From positions 33,108,001 to 33,172,000 of the forward strand of contig CATNEN010000038.1 in NCBI GenBank assembly GCA_950097015.1: 64,000 bases of DNA, in the 5' to 3' direction. Within the stretch, counting starts at the first letter, position 1. Every line of letters begins with the position of its first letter. The translations under genes were made by a program, and so were the position numbers. Below the pieces are notes generated by a model that had not been told where the DNA came from, ran no database searches, and worked only from the letters and a program-made list of their open reading frames with translations. Shown here one piece after another: positions 54,170 through 64,000 of this stretch. Source of the DNA: Macrostomum hystrix. Taxonomy: Eukaryota > Animalia > Platyhelminthes.

Positions 54170-56267
54170 TTGTATGTATGGTGAAGTGGGCAAGCAAACC
54201 ACTGCCCCTGAGAATCTGGCAATGGAATAACCATAAGCTTGCACAACACATCCTTCAACTAAATGCAGCAGACTGGAATGGACAGTCTTTCAAGCTTGTA
54301 AAAATGTAGCTGATCTGATTGAATTATTCTGCTATGAAAGGGTTCCTTATGCATGAATTGTTGGCCAACAAAGCTAATATGACCCTTGCTGTCATGAATA
54401 ATGTTTCTGACTTGGAGAATGGTTCCAGAGTTAGAGAGAATGAATCCATCTCGCTCATTAGTAGCAATTTGAGTTGATGGCAGTTTACATATTTTATACT
54501 GTGTAACATTCATTGGAATCACACCAGGTGGCAGAATATTACTTGTGTGCTCTCTCTGTAGTTTAATTTCTGACTCACCAACACATGGATTAAACTGCCC
54601 TAGGCACTGATTGTTTTCCTTTACTCTTTTGACAGCCTGCTGTAAAGGCATGGTTGGTGAACGAACAAGCCTCTTCACAAATCTTAAAAAATTCTCAAAT
54701 GGAAAGCAACTCACTTCATTTATATTTCTATGAGCAAGAAAGTCCTCAAAAATGTGCAGAAGAGAATGAACATTGTATACAACAAACTGGCTTCCAAGTA
54801 AATTTCTTGTTTGTGTAACAAATGTATTACAAAGTTGCTGCAAAAAATCTAGATATTCATTGTTCAAACTTGGAGAGTTAAACAAGTTAATGATGACATG
54901 AAATGAAAGTAACCAGTTAAGAAAATCATCATTGCCAACATGGGGAATGAGAACAAAAGCTGCTAAATACAAGAAAAATAGGCGTACTACTGTTGCTTTC
55001 CACAAAGAAAGATGCTGCAACAGTTCTAGCCTACGAGAAAAATCTGTTGGTAAGTACTTCCTTTCATGCATAAGGTATGCATTAACTTGTCCTTGAAGCA
55101 ACTGAGAAAGGCGAAATGGCAGTTTACCTTCTTTGAGTATGTTCAAGGCCATGAGCCCAATACCTTTATAGAGCAAATGCATGGAATCAGCTGGGAAGCC
55201 AGAGATCATATCAATAGAAAGATCTTCAAAAGCTGAGTGGGCATGATGATGAGCTGGTTGGAGCTGGTCTCGAAATGATTTGTCTGTTCGACGTGCAGCA
55301 TTCAAATCAAGAAAAACAACAGTCCTGCCTTTGTTGCGAGTTTACTCATAATCTGTTGTTCCTTTCTGGTTACAACGATCGCATCCATAGTATCCATTAT
55401 AACTTTTGATATTCTTAATAAAATATCGTGCTGGTGTATCACAAATAACATACTTTAGATGTATCTTATATTCAATTCCGCATACATGAAGTCCATATTG
55501 TAATATGCACATTTCACTTATAAATAAGCCAAAAAATTGTTAAAACTTTATGATGGCTTTGAAGGCCCATAATAAAGTCCAACAAGAAATTCTGATGATT
55601 TAATGCCTTGGATAGATGCAACAATAGTCCAAAAACCAGACACTGTGCTATTAAAAAAAAGCAACCCATCAATACAAACATTAAGGTAGATTTCATCTGA
55701 TTGTGGCAATAGATGCACTACATTTAGAGAATTAAATATATACTTGATTCCAGAAGCAATTCCAAAATGATAGTATTTACCAGGAGGAACATTAATTAGC
55801 TCAATTGTCCCTGAAGACCCAAGAAATGTACGAGGATCAGTTGGAAGCTCTGGATAGCTTGGCTTTAGTAGTTTAAGAAGATCTTTGATTGCCACATGTG
55901 AAAAATTATGATCTATACAGACCTGCTTAAATTTCTCACTGAAACATTCATTATCAGACTCTTGGTCAATAGAACTACCAAAACTTTTATCACCACTGCT
56001 ATTAACATCATTATTACTAATAGCAGCTCCAACTTCTTCTTCCAAAGCATCTTCACTAGAACTATTATTAGAATCAGATATTACACTTGAGAAATTACTA
56101 GAATTTGAAACGATATTTTGGTCTTGGAGTTGACAATTATTAGCAGTTGAATTGTCATTATTAATACTATCACTATCAGTAGAATCTGTTTCACTAGAAG
56201 ATAAAACTAAGTGTGCACTTAATTGCATTAACTGATTTGCAGCTTTTTTATGTCTATTAGATGCCAT
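54170..56267 (-). pseudogene. EnSpm/CACTA (CMC)-type transposase, intronless, with stops and a frameshift
   Basis: LPTDPRTFL, YYHFGI, CIDG, CDTPAR..GYYGCDRC, DSMHLLYKG, YNVHSLLHI, SCFPFENFL; disruptions at ~55550-55515 and 54259. Confidence 0.85.
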
Positions 56268-57489
56268 TTATTATTTTGAATTGTTGATTAGGATTTAAAT
56301 TAACTTATAGCTAGGCTCAACTTTTAAGAATCAAAATAGTAAACTTTTAATGTTTCAGTGGGAATGAATATAATTGATCATTTCTGCATAACATATAAGA
56401 GCCTAATTAAGATCAGAAATATACAATTTTAGAAAATAAGCATAGCTAGACTAGATCAAAGCAAATAATATAGAGCCTAGATAAGATAAAGGCCTACCTA
56501 CTCTGCTGAGCTTTCCAAATTGCAAAACTAACTTAGCTAACAGTCAATATAAGAGTTATATATGCTTAATTACATCGAAACCAGGAACAAAGTTTAGTTA
56601 CACAACTATCAACTAAGCTACTAAAGAAGTAAAAAACGATTATAATTTACTATCCAGCAAATAATTGAACATCTTTCTCACACATTTGGAGTCTGTGTCA
56701 GCTAGAAAGACACACTACATTCAAATTTTCTAAGAGGAACACGTAACAAGCGACTAAACAAATATTAATTTGCTTATAGGCGCACGATTTGAAGCTTAAA
56801 GACAACAAAATAAACAAATCTTCAACATAACTCATCTTACAATTGCAATTATAAATTTAGAAACTTTTAACAGTCAAAGATAAAATACTAAACTTCTATA
56901 TGGCTTGAGATTGAAGTAAATAAAGTCTAACATAACTTATAATATATACCAAAAGTAAAGCGTAAGTGTTGTATTGCTTCTTGATATTCAAAGCCATTTT
57001 CTTACTTTTATATATTTTTGATAGATTCATAGATATAAAAGGACAAGTCTAAGTCTTCAAATGCAATGTCATAACCTATGAAAATATTCTCTGTAGGACT
57101 ATTTACCTTTATATTGTTTTTAGAAAGCATAATAATATATGTCCAATTAGTCATGTAATTTGAGTTAAATTACAACTGAAGTATAAATAAAGATATCAAT
57201 ATAATTATTAAGACAAATTAGATAAGTTGCTTGCTAACTTCATTGTCAATAATTAACGAAAATAGCTTTGTCAGGCACTTTTCAGTATCCAAATAATGTA
57301 CTAGAGCTAGTGATATTGTACATCATTGGATAAAGATAATACTAGCCTAGCTAATATATAAATATATACTTTATAGAGCATATTGGCTATATATAGAACT
57401 CTAGAAAACAAATATTTTATCAATCACTATTTTGTAACCAGTATTCAACATTCTGTTAATTATAACTTCTTTCCTTTTAGGGCCAGTAC

Positions 57490-58761
57490 TACCCACTTAT
57501 ACTTCAAGATGGGATCTTTGCTGGCATGTTCATCGAGCAGAGTCATGGTCGAAAATTATTTCAATTGAGAAAGAGCTCGAGGCATTCATCTCGGAGCATT
57601 AAGAGAATGCATCTCTGTCTGACTCAATTTAATTGCATATGAAAAAGTTTGTGAGAAAATCTCGAGTGGACTCATGCAGTGATAGTAGTGAGAAGGTAGA
57701 CGAGGATGGTGATGGCACTTATGAGCCAGATGTTGAGGCTCCATTTTCACCATTGGGCAGCAACAATGCTGCTGCAGAAATTTCTACTCCTACTACTGCC
57801 AGTGCTAAACGGAAGATGCATCAGTCACCAAGGAGTGCTAGATTACTGTGTGCTAGTGCTAGTCAGCAGTGTATCACTCTCTGACCCACAGCGAGAGGAG
57901 CAGGAGAGGCAAGAATCTGCCATTATTGCTGAACAAAGGCGCGGACTACCTTCTGAGCTACTTAGTTCATCCACTGCACGAACCCAGAATAATCTGCTTG
58001 TTGGTTCGGCAGAAGGCAGCATTCTAAGTCGCGAAGAATTTTTTCGGGAAATTGGAAATTTGTAAACAATGTATCGTGCGACACTAATGCTGGTTAGTTG
58101 TTACCAAGAGACATAGATGTACTTATTTTTAATTCCTCTATAGATGGCCTGAAGCGCTTCATCGTGTAGAAGCTGAAAAAGAACCGAACTGGCGCCAGTA
58201 CAATTTTACACTTCCCAACAGCAGCTGGATTCATGAATGGGGTAAGCATCCCTTCTCCCAATGCAACATAGTAGACTAGACAAAAAGCAGGAAGACTTGC
58301 ACATGATTAAAATTGAATTTGAGGATGATACATTTTATCAATATTATTTTAATTTTTATTTAATTACTAGGAGTTTGCTGGCAGCGACGGCAAAGTGCAC
58401 ACTCTGCTCGATTTTCCGCGCACGACCACATCCAAGTACATTCGAGCTTATGTCTGTGCTCGGTATGGCCAGGAACAAGTAGTCTCACATTTTCGGAGAA
58501 TATTCTGGTGCTTCCAAAAGGCAGATGGCAACCAAGGAAGTTATTGATGAACTAAGAAGTAAGCACGATCTAACTGTTATGTAAAATATGAAAATGTAAT
58601 GTGGAAGACTTACTGTCTGTTATTTTTTCATTAACAGGAGTGCCCTTAGAGGTTTTCCGAGTCTCGAGAGACCAAGCCACTGCAGCCTGGACATCAGTAA
58701 AGGATTCTCTCAACCGTATGGGACCAGAGGAAGCACATCGCAAGCGCAATGCTGATTCATA
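57490..58761 (+). pseudogene. Degenerate multi-exon gene fragment, probably a transposon accessory gene
   Basis: Broken S/E-rich ORFs and splice-like sites; lies immediately upstream of a transposase fragment. Confidence 0.3.
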
Positions 58762-58896
58762 AGTGGCTATGAGCATAAGTTTTGACGTGATTTTTATTTC
58801 TAACTTTTTAATTTGGCATTGCTTATTCGACTAGTAGCTAAACTAATAAAATATTAATATCCGATTCTAAAAACACAAACTAAGCAATAAAAAATA

Positions 58897-58968
58897 TACT
58901 ACTAGTTACTACTAGTAGTTACTACTACTACTAGTACTACTAGTTACTACAACTACCAGCATACTACT
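58897..58968. repeat. (CTA/TAG)n-type degenerate microsatellite
   Basis: Direct inspection. Confidence 0.8.
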
Positions 58969-59048
58969 ATTTACATTCGACTAGTAGTATTAAAACTGTT
59001 AAAAAGTACCAGCTACTGCTACGAAAAAATAAAACAGACATCAGAGCA

Positions 59049-59930
59049 ATGAGCCACTCTGGTGACAGCATGTCATCTGTAGCGTCTACTGCCAAAACTG
59101 ACTCGAGCTTGGATTCGGAGTATGAAACTTCGATGAACGAATACAGTTCGACGAGTTCCTCTGGTTCACCATCACCGCTTGCAGCATCCTGTACTGGTGT
59201 GTTCAGAATTGTGGACAAAGAGCCTGTCAATCATGACAAAGTCATCGTTGAAAATCATTGTCAATAATTTTGTACGGATTATTGTACGGATCATTGTACG
59301 GATGACAGCCAGTCAGCTCAATCCTACAGGTCCATTTTTGAACGAGGTGGGCTGAACCTAGAGACAACGTGCGCCCTTCAAGACTGTGAACGCTTCTTTC
59401 CTGTGTTTCAAAGAAGGCCATTAACGGCCTACTCTTCTTCCAGCGTATTGCGGCCCCTGGCAGTTCATTTCCTACATCAGACAGCACCATGAAGGCAACC
59501 CTTCGTCGCTCATTTTCTTTTAGAACCGACATTGTAGAAAGCATGTCTAATTTGCTTAGCGCTACATTGTACCGAGCATCGAGTAGACTATTTGAAACGT
59601 ACCGTATCAAATCGAAGTTACCGTTGAAAAGCACTTTCATAAGCATTTTTCGTACCAAAAGGTGCTGCGTAGTTGTTTTAGAACTGACGTGCTAAACTGT
59701 GCAGTAGCAAGTGAGCTGGTGACAAGTTTATCTGAATCTGAAGTTCATTTGTACTTTCTTCTTTCCGCCGATGGTGCCAATTTCTTTAAAGCGACCGATA
59801 TGTTTGTATGGCCCCTTTGTGCTATATGCCTTAATCTACCAGTTCGAATGCGTCAAAAATTTGTTAATATAATTACTATTGCTCTCTTTGCTAAACGTGC
59901 GAAGCGAAGCTTTGAACCGTACTTACCATT
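59049..59930 (+). pseudogene. N-terminal fragment of a second EnSpm/CACTA-like transposase
   Basis: LLSADGANFFKATDMFVWPLCAICLNLPVRMRQKFVNII resembles the CACTA first-Asp region; frameshifted and truncated. Confidence 0.6.
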
Positions 59931-60340
59931 TTACTATTTTCCGAGCTATTTTCCTCGGAAAATTAGTGCCAAATTGTAGTGCCAATGCTAGCGTACTAAC
60001 TCGTGAAGAATTTCTACAAGAAATGGGTAATTATTTTTGTTTTATTTGAATTACATTGATATTTTGCATATTTGCAACCAGCAAACCCAAAAGTACATTT
60101 CATTTCAAATCACTTAGCTGTTTGGCATTCTAAAGGGTCAATCTCAATTTAAATGGCAACGTAATAAAACAAAAATTTTTGTATTTACTTACTAAATGTA
60201 ATGATGTGAGTGCACATAACAAGTCTGAATTCATGCAAAAAATGCTTTGCAATGATATTTTCGAATTTTAGCACAACATACAATATTTTATTGTTGAATA
60301 ACAACAAGAAGTCAAAATAAAAATTTAAATTATTCGGAGA

Positions 60341-60705
60341 TGTTGGCACACCCTAGGGTCACGTTGAAAGCTGTTGTATTCTTGAAGTAACGAATACAGA
60401 GATTCCAATTGTAGTGTTGGTAAATGTAAGTATAGCGCCGAAAGGAGCACTCGGCAGTCGACTGGATAAGCGTATATTTGTAACAGCAGTATTATTAAAT
60501 ACTGGAAAGGTTTTTTGAGTGTGTGCACCGCGCGGGGGTTTCTATTTATAGCCTGGGGAGCGAGTGGGAGAACTTTCTAGAAAGTTCTCATAGATAGCCC
60601 GCGGGGGAGGCGCAGAGAAGATTCTGGAAACAACAGAGTGTTATAACAAGTGGTAGAAAGTTCTAGAAAACTATTTACGGAATTATCGTAACGAAACCCA
60701 CAACA
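60341..60705 (-). repeat. 3' LTR (365 bp, TGTTG...CAACA) of Mag-like element
   Basis: Minus-strand PPT GGTGGGGAGG at 60706-60715; TATAAAT at ~60544-60550. Confidence 0.8.
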
Positions 60706-60743
60706 CCTCCCCACCAAAACTGTGAGTACAGCTGATAGAAAGT

Positions 60744-63700
60744 CTATAAGTCCATTTGTAGCCGTGGCTTTCGCTGCCTAGCCGACCGTCGTGGATTATC
60801 TGGTCCGTAGGGCGGCGGGTGTTGGACTTGGTCCGGCGCTCGCCATCCTGGAGGCCTGGGTCGAGATCCTGGATGTGCCACCGCTGGTGTGGCCGGCAGC
60901 ATCAGGTGGCCGGCCGTTTCGTTTTGTTGAGTCGGCAGTGATCCTGGCTCGCTGTCTTCCGCGGACACGTGTCGCGGTTGAAGCTGGTCGAAGTGCCGTC
61001 GCCACACCGGGCCGCTTGGGACAACCTTGACGTTGACGCTGCGGCTGCCGTGCCGCTTGGTGACCACTGCCGGAACCCAGCGGCCTTCCTTCTCGCGGCG
61101 TGGTCCGTAGTAGCGAGCGTAGACCGGATCTCCGACGTTGTAGCCTTCTCGGACGCGAGACACCTTTTTCCGAGCTCTGGACTCTTCGGCCTGCTTGACT
61201 TGGCGATCCTGGGCGAGATGGGCTGGAGATGGCAGCAGAGTATCAATCTGCGTCCTGATCTGCCGGCCATTTAGGAGTTCGCTCGGAGAGTAGCCGTTGA
61301 CCACAGGAGTCCGTCGGTACTGCATCAGGAACTGCTGTAGCGCCCTGGCAGGTGGCAGGCTGGATTTCTTCAGGGCCTTCTTGAAGGTCTGAACCAGTCG
61401 TTCGGCCGCTCCGTTTGTTGCAGGATGATACGGAGCTCCTGTGAGGTGCGCGATGCCGTGTTCGCGACACCAAGCTTGAAACTCCTAAGCCATGAATGCC
61501 GCTGCATTGTCTGTGACGATGGCGTGAGGGTAGCCGAAGTGGGCGAAGTCTTCTTCCAGAAGCTCGATCGTTGCCCGCGTTGACATGGATTGCGTCGGGT
61601 GTATGCACGGGTACTTCGAGTAGGCGTCCGTGAGCACTAGCCAGTTGTTGCCGAGGAAGTTGACTGCGTGATCCAGATGTAGGCGACTCCAAGGCTTCTC
61701 AGGCATCATCCACGGATGAACGGCGGCCTTTGGCGGATGATTTTGGTGCTCAGCGCAGCTATGGCAGCCGCGGCACAGGTGCTCGACGTCGTCGTCGATG
61801 TTCGGCCAGTAGACTGCCGATCGAGCCAGCTGCTTCATCCTCTGTATTCCAAAGTGTCCGAGGTGGAGGATTTTCAGCACCTCATTCCGGAGGTTCCGAG
61901 GAATCACAAGACGACAGCCATGCAGAAGACACCCGTTGCCGCAGGAGAGCGAATCTTTGACCTTCCGTAAGCGGGCCACCTCGGCGTCTTCGTCTCGCCT
62001 GTCTGGTGGCCATCCTTCTCGACAGTAGCGCATGACGGTGGAGATCACCGGGTCCCTCGATGATTCTTTGGCCACGGCTGAGGCGTCAGCCGGCTGGATT
62101 TGCAAGCTTAGGACCTTGATCGCGCAGACCGTGTCAAAGTCGGCTGCGCTCTCCTCCCCGTCGAAATCTGGGTCGTCTCCCATTGGCAGGCGACTCAGGG
62201 CATCCGCGTTTCCGTGACTCTTGGTCTGGCGGTACTCGACTTCGTAGGTGAAATTGTGGAGCAGGTTCGCCCAACGAGCCAGTCGGTTTGCTGCCATCAC
62301 CGGTGTCTCCTTTTCGGGCCCAAATAGCGAAATCAACGGCTTATGGTCCGTGACCAGGATGAACTTGCGGTTGAACAAGTATTGGAAAAACTTCTTTAGG
62401 CCGAAGATGATTGAAAGGGCTTCCTTCTGAATCTGAGGATAGCGGCGCTGAGCATCCGTCAGAGACTTTGAAGCGTTGGCGATCGGCCGCTCGCTACCAT
62501 CTGGGTAGCGGTGGAACAGGACGGCGCCGATCCCGGCGTTGGATGCGTCGCAGGAGAGCCCGAGAGGGAGGTCGGCATTGTAGTGGACCAGCACGTTGTC
62601 CGACGAGAGCTCCTCCTTGATCTGGTCGAAGGCCCGCTGCTCTGCGTCTTTCCAGGTCCACGGTGTGTCCCTCCTGGTGAGCCGGTACAGCGGCTCGGAG
62701 ATCGTGGCCATGCTTGGCGGCAGAAACTTCGCGTAGAACTGGACCGAGCCGAGGAATGACCGGAGGCTGGACACGTCCTTTGGTGGAGGCATTTCGCGGA
62801 CAGCGTCCACCTTGGTTCCCTTGGCGATGCCTTCTTTCGACAGGACATAGCCAAGGTACTCGATGCTGGGCATGGCGAATTTGCACTTCTCCCGTCGACA
62901 GCGAAGTCCCTTGTCAGAAAGGCGTTGGAAAAGCCGGCGTAGGTTTGCGAGATGCTCATCAGCGGTCGCGCCGCCGACCAGGTAGTCGTCCAAGTAGAAA
63001 ACGACTCCGGGCAGATCACCGGCTACCATTTCCATGATGAACTGGAACTCACCCACTGCAGACTTCAGGCCGAAAGCGAGCCGCTTCTGAAGAAGCACAC
63101 CCCGGTGGGTGCTCAGTGCCAGGCGCCTCTGACTCATCGGTCCCAACTCGATCTGGTTGTAGGCGTCGGCCAGATCTACCTTTGAGAAGCAGTAGCTGCC
63201 TCCCAGCTTCTGTAGCAGTTCCTCTGGGAGGGGCAGCGGGTGACGGTTGTCTTCCAGCTGCGGGTTGATAGTGCACGAGTAGTCTCCGCAGACTCGCAGT
63301 TTCGGCTGCTCTGAGCCGGTCGAGGGCTTTCGCACGGGGACCACGGGCGTCCCGTAGTCATTGAAGTCAGTAGGCTCCCAGATGCCTCTCCTGATGCCCT
63401 CGTCGTAGGCGCGCTCGAGCTCCTCGCGGATGGCGAAGGGGACAGGCCTAGCCTTCCGGAACACCGGCTTTGCATCCGGGTTAAACTGCAACTCGAGCTT
63501 GAAGTCCTTGAGGCAACCCAGCTCGTCCTTCCACAGGTCCGGGAATTCGTCGCAAAGATTTCGGCAGGCCTTTTGAAGAGCCTCGTCCGGCGACAGGTGG
63601 TCAAACACTGCGTTGACTTCTTGAATGGCGCTGGCAGCGCCGAGCAGTTTGTCGACGGAGATTCCCAACAGCTTCGTGGCGGTCCGGCCGAGTAGATTCA

Positions 63701-64000
63701 AGCCGGGCACCTGTGTGACGATGTACTGGATGTCGTGCTCAGGAGCTGAGCCAGGCAATGTCGTTTTCCCGACGAAGGTACCTAGTACAGGTAAGTCGTG
63801 TCGGCTGGCGGACTCGTAGCGTGACATCGCTACTTCGAGCGGCGGCGTCCCCAGCTTCTTCCAGAATGACTCTGTTATGAAGTTGCCGTTTGTCGCAGTG
63901 TCGACCTCGATGGCGAGAGCCTTGCCTTGGATGTGGATCGACACTTCCAGCTTAGGCAGGTCGTCCTCGGTTTGGGCTACAGCACGTACAAGCACATGCT
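60744..64000 (-). mobile_element. Mag-like Gypsy pol (PR-RT-RH-IN) with one in-frame stop in integrase (61485-61487); continues beyond the window
   Basis: VDTAT, YLDD, CDAS, HLGH..CHSC, HLDHA..TDNA..(stop)..YHPATNGAAER. Confidence 0.92.

Noticed and set aside
61485-61487. Programmed stop readthrough in Mag pol
   Set aside because: The stop lies within the integrase catalytic core; a nonsense mutation is more likely.

Overview
Eukaryotic (probably invertebrate; inferred from spliceosomal introns and element types) transposon-dense region with no recognisable single-copy host gene. Left to right: (1) 1-8177, a 5.5-kb tandem unit carrying an intron-containing RPA70-like two-OB-fold gene, a small zinc-knuckle/polyQ-P ORF and a GACA microsatellite plus hairpin, possibly Helitron/Helentron-derived. 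(2) 10017-16947, an intact BEL/Pao LTR retrotransposon with 286-bp LTRs and CTGGT TSD. (3) A truncated, spliced Sola-like DDD transposase pseudogene with a PHD finger. (4) 19328-41308, a 22-kb head-to-tail array (period 6162 bp, about 3.6 apparently identical units sharing single 594-bp LTRs) of a Gypsy-type element with gag, a -1 frameshifted PR-RT-RNaseH pol, NO integrase, and an extra 292-aa ORF with its own TATA box. This is the most unusual feature. (5) 41.3-64 kb, a graveyard of a Helitron 3' end, LINE fragments, nested EnSpm/CACTA-like elements and two degenerate Mag-like Gypsy elements. All family calls come from motif recognition by eye; no database searches were run.
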